A stretch of DNA of 63,761 nucleotides, filler included, from Squatina squatina (Eukaryota), in the NCBI GenBank assembly GCA_031763465.1. It is 4 parts of 4 records of this genome, joined end to end, with 100 filler letters (N's around TTAATTAATTAA, not from the genome) between each part and the next. Parts side by side here need not be neighbours in the genome. Positions count along the whole stretch, not along the records: positions 1 to 14,451 come from JARFOE010000234.1; 3 more parts are not named here. The stretch is one strand, 5' to 3'. The notes beneath the pieces were generated by a model. The model was not told where the DNA came from and searched no databases. It saw only the letters and a program-made list of their open reading frames with translations. Each line of letters starts with the position of its first letter. The stretch's first letter is position 1. Below, one piece after another: positions 1 to 12,734 of this stretch. The position numbers and the translations under genes were made by a program.

Positions 1-512
1 TCCTCACACTGGCTTTGATGTGTGCTGAACTGTAAGAAGGTTGCTTCATTGGCTGTAGCATTCCCTGCCTGTGTTTTGTCCTGGGGCTTGATTTTAATCA
101 GTGCTGAACTGTCTTTAGGTTGGTATCACCCACTGAAACTATAGGAGATTATGCCAACAAACAACAAATTGAAGCCCCGAGAAAGTAAGCTGTGGCAGGA
201 AATGCCATCACATGAGGTGAAGTTATGATGCCTTTTACACAAGTGTTTTAGATTTCTGAGGTGTTTACGCACAATAATTTAACCTCCAATGCAAATATAA
301 AAAGCTGGGAACACACAGCAGGTCTGAAAAAAAAAAGAGACGGTTAATGTGGCCAGGAAGTCATGGGCTGAGGGTGCTAATCTCCCTGATATGCACGCCC
401 TGCATGTGCCAGGAGCAATGAAGCAGAAAATCCTGGTCCCGTAATCCAGCAGGAGCCACTGGATAAGCAGCAAAGAGTGTGAATTCTGGTTAATTACTCC
501 CATCCTTAGCCC

Positions 513-960
513 AGGTGTCAGCAATGGCTCAGTGGTAACACTCTTGCCTCTGAGCCAAGCAGGATGTGGGTTCATAGTCCCACTTCAGAGACTTAGAGCA
601 CAAAATATAGGTTGACACTCCAGTGTAGTACTGAGGGAGCACTGCACTGTCATTAGTCTCATCTTTCAGATGAGGCTTTAAAACGAGGCCCTCATGGGAC
701 ATTAAAAATTCCATGTCACTATTTTGAAGAAGAGCAGGGGAGTTGCCCTGGTGCCCTGGCCAATATGTGTCCCTCAACCAATATCACGCCATCAGATTAT
801 CTGTTTTTTATTTCATTGCTGTTTGTGGGACTTTGCTGTGCGCAAATTGGCTGCTGCGTTTCCTACAACTTGTGACTACACTCCAAAAGTACCTAATTGG
901 CTGTAAAGCACTTTGGGATGCTGTGAGGTCATGAAAGGTGCTATATAAATGTAAGACTTT
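513..960 (+). mobile_element. tRNA-derived Deu-domain SINE (SacSINE1-like), near full length
   Basis: tRNA-like head (GGCTCAGTGGTAACACTCTTGCCTCTGAG...GGGTTC), Deu core (GAGGGAGCACTGCACTGTC...TTTCAGATGAG...GAAGAAGAGCAGGGGAGTT) and L2-type tail TGAAAGGTGCTATATAAATG. Several further copies occur in the window. Confidence 0.8.
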
Positions 961-2034
961 TTTTTTGAATCTGGGGGAAACTAGGACAAGCATAGTTTAG
1001 CTCCTTCCATCCTCTCCAGTTTTCCTTCAATTCTGTCTCCTTAATCATCTTCTCCTGAAGATGCTGGGAAACTGTTNNNNNNNNNNNNNNNNNNNNNNNN
1101 NNNNNNNNNNNNNNNNNNNNNNNNNNNNNNNNNNNNNNNNNNNNNNNNNNNNNNNNNNNNNNNNNNNNNNNNNNNNTTGAATGCAAAAGTAGGACACAGA
1201 GGTTGAAAGTGGTCTGAAAAGAGGGAGATTCATCATATCTTTGCTTCAATACTGAAATGTGATAAACCCTTTGCAGCCCAGCATTCTCTTCTTTGAAAAT
1301 TGCATTGAAAGGAAAATATGTTAAGAGGTTGATTCACAACATGTTTGTGAGTCTCAAATGGCTTTGTAACGTTACATTCCTTTTAAAAATCTGCTTTAAA
1401 TTGTCTTGTAGGCATGTAAGTATAATAAATATATTACCAACAAAGTGAAACTCAATATTGCATAAAGCATCTTCAAATTTCTTGTTCTTTTCTGTTTTTC
1501 CCTTTGCTTCTCTGCTCTAGATGCTGTCATACACCTTCTGAGGCAATTACTACTCTTGGATATATTACTGAAGAGGCCATTCTTCATGCTTGAGAGTTTA
1601 CAGTGAATATCAGCAGACTGCTTGACCATGGGAAACATCACAGCCCAGCACGAGGTCCGCATATATAAACTTTCCAACATNNNNNNNNNNNNNNNNNNNN
1701 NNNNNNNNNNNNNNNNNNNNNNNNNNNNNNNNNNNNNNNNNNNNNNNNNNNNNNNNNNNNNNNNNNNNNNNNNNNNNNNNCATGCGTCATTAGCAGCAGC
1801 TGAGAATAGCAGAAGGACTTATAGCGAGAGGAATGAGGACCGCATGTCGTGTGCAATTATTCTTCTCTGATGCCCCTCCAGCGTCTCTATGCAGTTGTCA
1901 GCGCCTGCAATGTTGAAAAGAAAAACGCAGATGAATTTCGGAGCTCCCGGGCGCTATTAACGTCGGGCGCTTTTGGGGCGCTAATTACTTACGCAGTGTT
2001 TCCAGCGTGGCGATAGCTAACCTCTAGCCTTGAG

Positions 2035-2137
2035 TGCTGGAAAATGGGATTTGGCTGGATAGCTCTTTGTCAGCCAGCACGGACACGATGGACCAAATGG
2101 CCTCCTTCTGTGCTGTAGATTTCTGTGATTCTATGAA
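2035..2137 (+). mobile_element. CR1-type LINE 3' tail fragment
   Basis: GGACCAAATGGCCTCCTTCTGTGCTGTAG...ATTCTATGA matches the reverse complement of the CR1 tails at 9352 and 22388. Confidence 0.6.
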
Positions 2138-2879
2138 GTTCCACTCCAGAAACTTGAGAGTAAAATCCGGGCTGACACTCCAGAGCAGTACTGAGGAAAC
2201 GCTGCACTGTAAGAATGCTGTATTGATGAATCAGTGTCATAAGGTTACCAAATGCGGCAGAAATGATGATGTGCGTAATGGGTAAATCACTGACCAAATG
2301 ATGCAGTTTATGTGCAAACATTCTCTCCTGCATCTCAACGATCCTTTCATTGGTGGTTGCAGCACTTAGCGCTCCATTATGCACGCCATCATTTCTGTTG
2401 CACTAATCCATCAATAAAGTATTCCAGTGCTCGCTCGCGGGAAACATAAGCTGCGGCACGTAAGCTGCTGATCCCGGGACCACAGGTATGAAGGGATTGT
2501 TAAGAAAACGGCTCCTGACAGATAAATGATAAAAGGCAAAATCTGACGGCTGATAAAATAGCCAGATCTTCCCTTATCACGCAGATGGGGGCAGAGCTCG
2601 ACACTCCCATTTCTGGCAGCCAGGACACAGAAGCAAAAATGTGCAAGAATTTACATGGCCTGACTGAAGAACAACGTCAGGAATTTAAATCACTCCCAGT
2701 CATGTCTTTGGAATTATTGTCCAGCATAAATAAAGACATTANNNNNNNNNNNNNNNNNNNNNNNNNNNNNNNNNNNNNNNNNNNNNNNNNNNNNNNNNNN
2801 NNNNNNNNNNNNNNNNNNNNNNNNNNNNNNNNNNNNNNNNNCCCTTACGTCACACCATTCACTGCAATTTACTAAGCCA

Positions 2880-3731
2880 CTTCCAAATCTGTCCAAAAAT
2901 GCAAAGCATTGAAAATAAAGGTTTCAATGTTTGACAACACAATAACAGAAACTTTACATGAACATTGGCTAAAACACCCAAATGCCTACCCTTGTGTGTT
3001 GTTAGTTGGTATGCTTGCACTAGAATGAGGGTGAGTGTGAAGGGTGGCTAGTGAGATGGGGATGTGACAATGTAGATAGAGAGCGATGGATGGGTGGAGG
3101 TGCAAGCTAGGTTGTTGTGAGTAAGGATGTGTAGGAATAGGGTAGGGAAGGCAGACTGACGAGTGATGTGTGGCACAGCAGGATGAGGTTGAGTGTGGCT
3201 TTGCAGTAACGTTTCGTGATCTACTGAGATCATTGAAAAGTTTGGTACCACTGCAGCCTGGTCCTTCTGACAACATCCCTGCTTGTGCCCTCCTGTTCAA
3301 TGTGCAACCAGGCTGCATTGGTCTCCTGGGGAGGTCTCCTCCACCCATTGGAAGGGAAGAGAACCTCCCTGCATGCTGTGACTCCCTCCTTAAGCATATG
3401 GAGGGAGTTATGGGAGATCCTGGGTGCAGCCCTGTGCCTTTGTGCAGTCATTGTTAGTGTTTGCAGCACCTCAATGCTGTAGAACACTGACAACACAACT
3501 GTCAAAATCAATTTGGTCATGTTCCTTTAAGGAAACTGGCTGATGACACGTCATCAAATGACGTCATCAGACCCGCTTCCTTTTAGTTGGCCGGGAACCT
3601 CGCAGGGCAGGCTTAACAAGCCCAATCAGGGGAAAGTTGTGGGGGAAGTTGACATGGAGCCAGGAGTGGAGTTTGCATCTACACCCGGTGTCACCCACTT
3701 CTCTCCCGACCCGGTAGGAAAAATCGAGCCC
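2880..3731 (-). mobile_element. PIF/Harbinger DNA transposon relic with a degenerate Myb/SANT-like ORF (~3218-3451)
   Basis: Minus strand reads MTAQRHRAAPRISHNSLHMLKEGVTACREVLFPSNGWRRPPQETNAAWLHIEQEGTSRDVVRRTRLQW..FNDLSRS. Terminus GGGCTCGATTTTTCC at 3731. Homologous to 19975-20622. Confidence 0.65.
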
Positions 3732-4100
3732 TGTGTCACTGGACTAGTAATCCAGAGGCCTGGACAAATGATCTGGAGGTATGAGTTCAATTCTCACCAT
3801 GGCTGCTGGGGAATTCTAATTCAATTAAATAAATCTGGAATAAAAATCTAGCATCATTAGTAATGACCATGAAACTACTGGGTTGTCATAAAAACCCATC
3901 TGGTCCTTCAGGGAAGACAATCTGCCTGCTTACCCAGTCTGGCCTACATGTAACTCCAGACCCATAGCAGTTGTTGTCTCTTAACTGCCCTCAGTTGTAT
4001 TCAAGAAGGTGGCACACCACCACCTTCTTGAGGGTTATTAGGGTACGGCAATAAATGCTGACTTGCCAACAATGCCTCCATCCCGTGAATGAATAAAATA
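3732..4100 (+). mobile_element. Second tRNA-derived SINE family, 5'-interrupted copy
   Basis: GTCACTGGACTAGTAATCCAGAGG...GAGTTCAATTCTCACC head remnant, central CCCATCTGG...TCTGGCCTACATG, tail GGCAATAAATGCTG...GAATGAATAAAA. Related pieces at 19745-19974 (-), 38460-38560 (-) and 52125-52182 (+). Confidence 0.7.
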
Positions 4101-4691
4101 AGTTTCCTTTCCCAACCTCCAGAAATAAAAGTATAATAATGCTAAGATTTATCGCCTGAGCAAGGCATGAGATGAATCAAATGTGCCACTGGGTCTGTCT
4201 GTCTTCTGCATGTTATGGGTGTAGCACTGATCTACCAGAGGAAATTGCTACACGTGGTCATGCCCCTTCCAACAGCTTGTCAATAAGATTTACAGTGATC
4301 AACAGAATTTCTTCTGTTACCACCAGATTTAACATTACTGCCAGGATCTTTCAATACTTCTGAAAATATACCACAGGCAGTGTTCCAAGAATACATTTCA
4401 TCCATTTATTCCATGCAGCCAGTATAGCTCTTGGGATCAAGATCTGGTCCAGGAACTAGCACAAGAAGAATAATAGAGGGCTTGGAAGATACATGTTAAC
4501 AACTCTAGCTGCAACAGAGTAAAAACAGTGTACCTTTCTTACACAAGCTACACCCTCCCATGTCAGATGCATACTGGCAGAATTGCAGCGAAATATGCAC
4601 TCAATTACACACTTTCTGCTTAACATTCCATCTTCAACCCTTGTGGACAAAGATTCTGGAAGCTCTCATGCCTTTTTATTTTCTCCCCCAG

Positions 4692-4808
4692 TTTGTCACG
4701 CAGAATTAAATGCAATTCTGAACAAGAACTCTGCAGATGTTAAGGGATGCACGATGTATGTGGCCTTGTTCCCCTGTAATGAATGTGCTAAACTCATCAT
4801 CCAGTCAG
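4692..4808 (+). CDS. DCTD: dCMP deaminase, internal 117-nt exon carrying the HAE and PCxxC zinc-binding motifs
   Basis: Polypyrimidine tract ...ttttctcccccag| and donor |gtaagg. Encodes (V)[38 protein letters not shown](G). Convergent with TENM3 as in other vertebrates. The other exons are not visible and probably lie in gaps. Confidence 0.95.
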
Positions 4809-7800
4809 GTAAGGATATGCAATTGCTCCACTTTTGATTTGCTGCATTTGTATACTAGCATGTAACTCAATATCTCATTTCAAAGCAAGTATGTTTTAAA
4901 CTGGTACCCTTTGGTCCAAGTTAATCACACCATCAGTTGCGCAAGATTATCTGTTGCTGTCACCGAACAGGGTCAGGTTCCCAGTGACGAATTGCTACAT
5001 GTGCGATTCTTAACCTGTTTTTAACTTAAATCAGCAGNNNNNNNNNNNNNNNNNNNNNNNNNNNNNNNNNNNNNNNNNNNNNNNNNNNNNNNNNNNNNNN
5101 NNNNNNNNNNNNNNNNNNNNNNNNNNNNNNNNNNNNNTGCAGGAAGCTGTGCCTCTCAACGCTGCATAATGGAATAGGACAAATATACATAAGGCACACA
5201 GTGTGTGCCAGCGTGGCAGAACGCATAGACTCAAGTATGACAAATGGCTGTTATTACAGTAAGCCACAAGTTCAGAAGGAACTATGAGAGGTGATAATAA
5301 ATATCCTGATTATTACCGGAGCAGAGAGCTGCGATACTTCATGTCCTTTGTGAACTGTGTTCATATTGCTATCTAATGTCAATTTCCCACTTGGTGTGAT
5401 TCCATGAGCATCACCCCATCAACAGTAAAAATATATATAAATAATGCTGCGCTCCCTCACTCTCCATTAGCTTGTGTTGTCAGATCACTCACATGCCTCA
5501 TATTCAGTTCTGCCAGCAGCAAGATACCCCGCAGAAAGAGTGACATAATTGGCTGAGACAACACATCTGTTATTTCCTATTTATGTACAAATATGCTGCA
5601 AAAAACACTCAGATCGTGACAGATACATATGGGGCAATAAAATTTTCCCGCTGCAGCTATGCTAACATATTTTCAGTTCATAATGGAGTGCACTATTTAT
5701 ATCCATTGTCAACAATGTATGTCAGTTTTGGTGGTTGCCATCTTGAATTCAACAATTTCATCTACAATGCAATAACATTACAAATGATATCCAGCATCCC
5801 CTGCTCACAGACATGCAATGTTAATACGGCCTGCGTGCAAGNNNNNNNNNNNNNNNNNNNNNNNNNNNNNNNNNNNNNNNNNNNNNNNNNNNNNNNNNNN
5901 NNNNNNNNNNNNNNNNNNNNNNNNNNNNNNNNNNNNNNNNNNNNNNNNNNNNNNNNNNNNNNNNNNNNNNNNNNNNNNNNNNNNNNNNNNNNNNNNNNNN
6001 NNNNNNNNNNNNNNNNNNNNNNNNNNNNNNNNNNNNNNNNNNNNNNNNNNNNNNNNNNNNNNNNNNNNNNNNNNNNNNNNNNNNNNNNNNNNNNNNNNNN
6101 NNNNNNNNNNNNNNNNNNNNNNNNNNNNNNNNNNNNNNNNNNNNNNNNNNNNNNNNNNNNNNNNNNNNNNNNNNNNNNNNNNNNNNNNNNNNNNNNNNNN
6201 NNNNNNNNNNNNNNNNNNNNNNNNNNNNNNNNNNNNNNNNNNNNNNNNNNNNNNNNNNNNNNNNNNNNNNNNNNNNNNNNNNNNNNNNNNNNNNNNNNNN
6301 NNNNNNNNNNNNNNNNNNNNNNNNNNNNNNNNNNNNNNNNNNNNNNNNNNNNNNNNNNNNNNNNNNNNNNNNNNNNNNNNNNNNNNNNNNNNNNNNNNNN
6401 NNNNNNNNNNNNNNNNNNNNNNNNNNNNNNNNNNNNNNNNNNNNNNNNNNNNNNNNNNNNNNNNNNNNNNNNNNNNNNNNNNNNNNNNNNNNNNNNNNNN
6501 NNNNNNNNNNNNNNNNNNNNNNNNNNNNNNNNNNNNNNNNNNNNNNNNNNNNNNNNNNNNNNNNNNNNNNNNNNNNNNNNNNNNNNNNNNNNNNNNNNNN
6601 NNNNNNNNNNNNNNNNNNNNNNNNNNNNNNNNNNNNNNNNNNNNNNNNNNNNNNNNNNNNNNNNNNNNNNNNNNNNNNNNNNNNNNNNNNNNNNNNNNNN
6701 NNNNNNNNNNNNNNNNNNAATCTGATGTACAGGCAAAACATTCTGAAAAACACTCAGCAGGCCAGGCAGCATCTTTGGAGAGAGAAACAACGTCAACATT
6801 TCATCAGAACAGTGTGTATTAAATTATCCTATAATCCCGATAATCCTTCGGTGCCCTGTTTGACCCTGAGTTGAACTTTAAACACCACATCTGGTTTGTC
6901 ACCTAGAGAAGTGCCCACCGAGGCCCCTACTTCATTCACCCCCATGGCTGCTGAAGCTGGTACTCGGCCTTCGTTCCCCTCAAAGACCAATTTCTCGGAC
7001 ACTGTCCTTCCCAGCCTCTCCTCGTCAAGGCTTCACGGGGTAAATTTTCAAGTTGCTGCCTGGGTGTAAAGACTGGCATTTCACCTTGGCCGCCCATTGT
7101 GCCTGATTCTCTTTTCCCCTCAACGGCTGAGGATCCTCTCCACTCCTCTCTTGGAAAAATGTTCACCTGTCCCCATGATCTCACGCTTGCTCACTGTGCT
7201 CCAGCAGATTCATTTCAAGGTCTTTGGCCTCATCCTAAAATCTCGCCTTGGCATCATTCATTTTTATCTGAAGAAATCTTCTTCAGCCATTTGCCCCCAG
7301 ACAGCATCCTCCATTCTTCTGGATCGGGATTACCCTCCGCTTCACCATCACTGGCTGATCTTCCAGCCACTACTCCCCTGCCCTTCCAGAGCCACTTAAC
7401 CCTGTTGTTCTAGCATAAGTGGTCCATCAGATTGATTTGGATTTTATATATACACCTCCTGAAATATAGATGATCTAGAGCCTTGGTTGTCAGGGAAATG
7501 GATGCCTGAGATAGACAAATAGCTCTCATAGACCACAAAAGGGAAGCAGGCTCCTCAGACAATTACTCTCCTCCAACTTCTAATGAAATAGACCGAAGAG
7601 ACATGCTTACAAGACCATCATGGGAACAGATGCATAGCCAGTCGGCCACTATGTAAATCAGACAGATTGGATGCACACATCATTACCATAGGACCATCTG
7701 TTACCCAACTTTCCATTTTACTTGTGGTTAGATCCATATCCCATCAGCAATTTGCTTAACTGCCCACCTTGTCAGCCATGGAATTATATTTTTAAAGTTT

Positions 7801-8890
7801 GTCTAAACACAAAAAAAAATGTTGCCTATCGTTTTGACTCCAGTCATAACCAGCATTGACTCTATTGCGGCAATACTCTGCTCTTTTGAATTGTTTTCCT
7901 TTAATGGCGCAATGCATGAGGTATCAAAGAATGGATCTGTCAGTCAAATAAATTGCAATCATTTTACAGAAAAATTAAAATGCACCAAACTTGCCAAAAA
8001 TACTCTCTGTATCTCAGATCCAGAGCCTCATACCTTTAATTCCAGAGCTAAGTTTGATAAGATTCTGCAGGAGGGTTCAGAAAACTAAGGGTTAAGAGAC
8101 AAACACTTGGTTGCTTAGTGACAAACACAAAAAAAGAAAGAGAAAATCCCATCTTTTGTTGATCTGGTAATACCAGTACTGCCGGAACTAAAGCAAGGCA
8201 CAACCCGTGGCTTTGCTTTTAGGTCCTGTTGCGCAAGTATTTTTTGGAACACAAGCAAGTCCCGCGTGGCCCAGCCTCCTACCATCTGCAGGCAACGAGC
8301 ATGCCACAGGGAAACAAAAGACAAGCAACCTGAAACGCTAGGTTATGTACATTTGGCAGCATGCCCAGGACAGAGAGTAACCTGCCACACCAGTCCCTTT
8401 GTCTTGTATAACAACATACAGGGGTGTCTGCTGTTCATCGGCCTTGACTGCTCAGCCCTTATCAGTTCCTGTCTCTCCTCCGATAAATGTGCACCTGTTT
8501 TTGTCACGTGTCTCCGACACTTGTTTATGTGTAAATTCTGAAAAAGAAGCGGTGTTAGACAGCTAAAGGCCTGGACATACACAACCTCCCTTTCATTGTC
8601 AGTCTAACCACAGCAACCTCAAAAAACCTTAACGGAAAAAAAACACTGCAAAATTCGGAGTGAACCGAGCAGGCCAGCCTTGACAGGCCAGCAGGTAAAG
8701 TTCATGGAACAATCGCCTGAGCATAGTGACGAGATTTCATTATTAAACCAGTGAGTTATCTACCTAAAACAACAGACTGGCTTCTTGTCATGAAGTCATT
8801 GTTGGCGTTTCCATCGAAATTACCACATAAGCCACAAATATTACCCTGGAATCATAGAGTAATAATCATCCATTTGTTAAAATAAGTTTA

Positions 8891-9103
<213 letters not shown>

Positions 9104-9351
9104 TCACAATGTAACCATTTGGAGCCACGACCTCAACAATTATTAGGACACATGGTCAATTCTCAATTTGTACCCTGTTTTAAGGGGAGAAAATATGTGA
9201 GTCAAAGGCCAAATGCGTCTCTTCAAGGAAAACCCAAATCTNNNNNNNNNNTGCTTTTTTACCAAATCTGTGCTTAAATAAGCATTCTTAAATTCAGGAC
9301 TTTTATTCAGAATTTCCCTCTGATCATTCTCATACATCCCATAGTGGCAGA

Positions 9352-9531
9352 TAGAATCATAGAATGATACAGCACAGAGGAGGCCATTTGGCCCATCGTG
9401 CCGGCAACGGCCCTTGGAAAGAGCTCTCCAATTAGTCTCACTCCCCTGCTCTTTCCCCATAACACAGCCAATTTTTCCCCTTCAATTCCCTTTTGAAAGT
9501 TACTGTTGAATCTGCTCCCACCATCCTTTCA
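9352..9531 (-). mobile_element. CR1-type LINE 3' end fragment
   Basis: ATAGAATCATAGAATGATACAGCACAGAGGAGGCCATTTGGCCC tail with short repeats, as at 22388. Confidence 0.7.
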
Positions 9532-9631
9532 NNNNNNNNNNNNNNNNNNNNNNNNNNNNNNNNNNNNNNNNNNNNNNNNNNNNNNNNNNNNNNNNNNNNN
9601 NNNNNNNNNNNNNNNNNNNNNNNNNNNNNNN

Positions 9632-10290
9632 GGAGATCTCGGAGGGTTGTAGGGCTGAAGAAGGTTACAAAGCTAAGGAGGGGTGAGGCCGTGGAGGGAT
9701 TTGAAACATTGAGAACTTTAAAATCCAGATGTTGCCAGGTCAGCAAGCACAGGGGTGATGGATAAATGGGACTTGGTATGAATACGGGCAGCAGTTTTGG
9801 TTGAGCTTAAGTTTATGTAGGGTGGAAGATGGCAGGCCGACCAGGAGAGCATTGCAATAGTCAAGTCTAGCGGTAACAAAGACGTGGATGAGTGTTTCAG
9901 CAGCAGATGAGCTGAGGCAGAGGCAGAGTCGGGCGATGTTACGAAGATGGAAGTACACGGTCTTGGTGATGGAGTGCATGTGATCGGAAGCTCATTGCAG
10001 GGTCAAATACAATACCAAGGTTGTGAACTGTCTGGTTCAGCCTCAGATAGTGACCAGGGAGAGCAATGGAGTCAGTGGCTAGGAGTTTGTGGTGGAGACT
10101 GAAGACAATGGCTTTGGTCTTCCCACTATTTAGTTGGAGGAAATTTCTGCTCATCCAGTATTGGATGTCGGACAGCCAGTGTGACAAATCAGAGACAGTG
10201 GAGGGATCAAGAATGTTGTTGGAGAGGCAGAGCTGGGCGTCATTAGCGTACACATGGAACCTGATGCTGTGTTTTCAGATTATGTCACCG
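9632..10290 (-). mobile_element. L2-clade LINE, degenerate reverse transcriptase/C-terminal fragment
   Basis: Minus-strand ORFs give YANDAQL (decayed YADDTQL), WMSRNFLQLNSGKTKAI, FHLRNIARL and LIHVFVTARLDYCNALLVGLP, all typical of L2. Confidence 0.85.
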
Positions 10291-10459
10291 NNNNNNNNNN
10301 NNNNNNNNNNNNNNNNNNNNNNNNNNNNNNNNNNNNNNNNNNNNNNNNNNNNNNNNNNNNNNNNNNNNNNNNNNNNNNNNNNNNNNNNNNGGCAGAATAG
10401 AAATAAAGGACGAGCACCTTTCACGCGCTCCAGATGCCCCACAGAGCTTTACAGCTAGT

Positions 10460-10740
10460 GTCGCGCTTCGAAGTGTAGTCACTGTTGTAATGTCGGAAAC
10501 GAAGCAGCCAATGTGTGCACAGCAAGATCCCACAAACAGCGATGAGATAAATGACAACAACAACCCTTTGCATTCATATAGCACCTTTAAATTGTTTAGT
10601 GGGGCTGGTTGAGGAATAAATACTGGCCAGGACAACTCCCTGCTCTTCTTCAAAAAAAACATGGAATTTTTTACATCCAGCTGAGAGGGCAGACAGGACC
10701 TCGGTTTAACGTCTCTTTTGAAAGACAGTGCAGCGCTCAT
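10460..10740 (-). mobile_element. Deu-domain SINE fragment
   Basis: Reverse-complement similarity to 513-960 (GCAGCCAATGTGTGCACAGCAAG; CTCCCTGCTCTTCTTC; CCTCGGTTTAACGTCTC). Confidence 0.7.
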
Positions 10741-11096
10741 ACCCAGCTGACTTGATGTGGGCTGATATATAAAGTGACTCAATCACATGATCAGTAATGT
10801 ATTTACAAACGGTTTAAAACATTAGCCGCTTTAAATTAAACAAAGTTTCATCCCCCTCCCCCCATATTTGCAATAGGCCGCAATTTCTCTGCAAATATTT
10901 CTGCAATTTTAGCCACAATTTTCCACTACTCAGTTGTTGCATCAATGCAAGTCCTTTCTCTTTTACTCGGAAACTCACCCCAACTTTTTCACTAACAGCA
11001 NNNNNNNNNNATGGATGGAAATATACCTCAAAGCTGGATCACAATTTAAAAATGGACTTTCTTCATTCTGCTTTATTTTCTAAATAAATCAATGTA

Positions 11097-11493
11097 TGCT
11101 GGAACCCCACTATAACACGCCTCGCTATAGCGCGTGACTTGGTATAACGCAGGTCCGCCTTGGACCCCCAAATTTTCTACATCTCAACATGTTGTTCTCC
11201 CTCCCTGCTGTTCGATCGCCATCTGAATTCTGAGAAGTTGTGCACCACCCTCCCCGCGAACTTGCCTCTGGGCCCTGCCGACCCGATGTTGCTCTCCCTC
11301 CGCTTCTACAGGCGCCATGCTGAAGAATTGAGCACAACAGATCAAATAAGGTCTCAGCCTAGAGTCTGATCCTTTAACTGGCAGGAGTGGTGTCACCGCG
11401 GTCCTAGCGCCCGACCTTGTTATAACACGGTCCATCTATAACGCGGTCCCGCGATCTGGACCCCGTGGACCGTGTTATAGCGGGGTCCCAGTG
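11097..11493. mobile_element. Tigger/pogo-like (Tc1/mariner superfamily) MITE, ~397 bp
   Basis: Terminal inverted repeats TGCTGGAACCCCACTATAACAC and (reverse complement) CACTGGGACCCCGCTATAACAC, flanked by TA at 11095-11096 and 11494-11495. No transposase ORF. Confidence 0.75.
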
Positions 11494-11633
11494 TATATAT
11501 TGGTTTCAAGAGGTAATAAAAGGGGACAAATTTGGACAAGTACTGTACTGAAAAGGATGGCGCCACAGAATGTCTTTCCCCCTGCTGGCCAGCTGAAAAT
11601 CAGGTTCCGAGACAGCCACTGTATTTTAAAGAT

Positions 11634-11639
11634 TTTATT
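11634..11639 (-). promoter_or_regulatory. TENM3: Candidate TENM3 polyadenylation signal (AATAAA on minus strand)
   Basis: TTTATT on the plus strand about 920 nt past the TENM3 stop, at the end of a UTR-like repeat-free stretch. A second candidate lies at 11072-11077. Confidence 0.4.
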
Positions 11640-12558
11640 TTTCAAGTATAAACTTCTTTGAAACACTTTACATAAATTAACATCTTCTGAGACTAGTATC
11701 TGATGAACAGTAAATTGGAATTCATATAAAAACTCCAGAAGGTACTGGTCTCACACACTTTACAAAAAAGAAAAGGTTTTGCTTCGCTTTGCTGTGAGAG
11801 TGATCCTGTACGTCGCGTAACCTCCCAAGGCAAATCCGACGGCGTTGTAAAATCGATAAGAGTAGCTCTCTGTTGCTGTCACAGTCACACTACTTTGCAC
11901 AAAGTGTCATTGTATAAAGCAGCACAGATGAAAGCAGAGGACGTCCCTCCACTCTACAGTACAGTGATTGCTTCTTTCTCTGCCACGGGTCCAAGGTGTT
12001 GCATCACTTACTGTGAGGAAAGATTAAGACTACTTCTGGTAAGCAAAGGTTACTCATGTAATAATACACAGTTAGTTTCTGTATCTGGACACTGATTCTA
12101 ATGCTTAATACAGTGTTTCTTAAACAACAGAAAACAGTCAACAGGTTTGGCCAAGTACAAAACAGTTAAGCATTATTTTTTTTTTTACATATGTTAGTCC
12201 AACCTTGGGTCTGTGTGTAGTGGCATTCAACTGTAAACAATTTTGCGTTTGAAGCAATTGACAATCCTGTATATCAAGGGTGATTTGAAGTTTTTGTTTG
12301 CAGTATCCACCTTTCTTCCCCTTTTGCAGGCTCCAGGTGAGTAGAAAAAGAAGTTTCACCAAGTCCAACAGCTCTAGGAAAGAACTTGTGCTACAGATAG
12401 ATCTGGAGCAGAGGCCTAGCTCAAGCTTCAGTAATATTTCAGTTTCCTCAGTTTACCCTGTGGTAACTAAGGGCAGCAAAACTAATATTCTGTTCTCCTG
12501 GAAAGAGAAGACAGTATTGAGTTTTTATCTCTTTGGCAGCCACCAACTAGCCTGTGTG

Positions 12559-12634
12559 TTACCTCTTTCCTATTTCGTTCTGTCTTAAGAACTGAATATT
12601 GCTCGCACTGTCTGCTAGCTCTGGGTATTGCTCC
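12559..12634 (-). CDS. TENM3: Teneurin-3 terminal exon fragment (C-terminal TCAP region and stop)
   Basis: EQYPELADSASNIQFLRQNEIGKR* is the canonical teneurin C-terminus. Confidence 0.9.
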
Positions 12635-12734
12635 NNNNNNNNNNNNNNNNNNNNNNNNNNNNNNNNNNNNNNNNNNNNNNNNNNNNNNNNNNNNNNNNNN
12701 NNNNNNNNNNNNNNNNNNNNNNNNNNNNNNNNNN

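Noticed and set aside
513-590. tRNA gene
   Set aside because: The A/B-box-like sequence is the head of a SINE and continues into the Deu domain; there is no complete cloverleaf.
5583-6822. Long ORFs over 300 aa here, and similar long ORFs at 16123-17147, 28852-29838 and 56367-57521
   Set aside because: They consist almost entirely of N-derived X residues.
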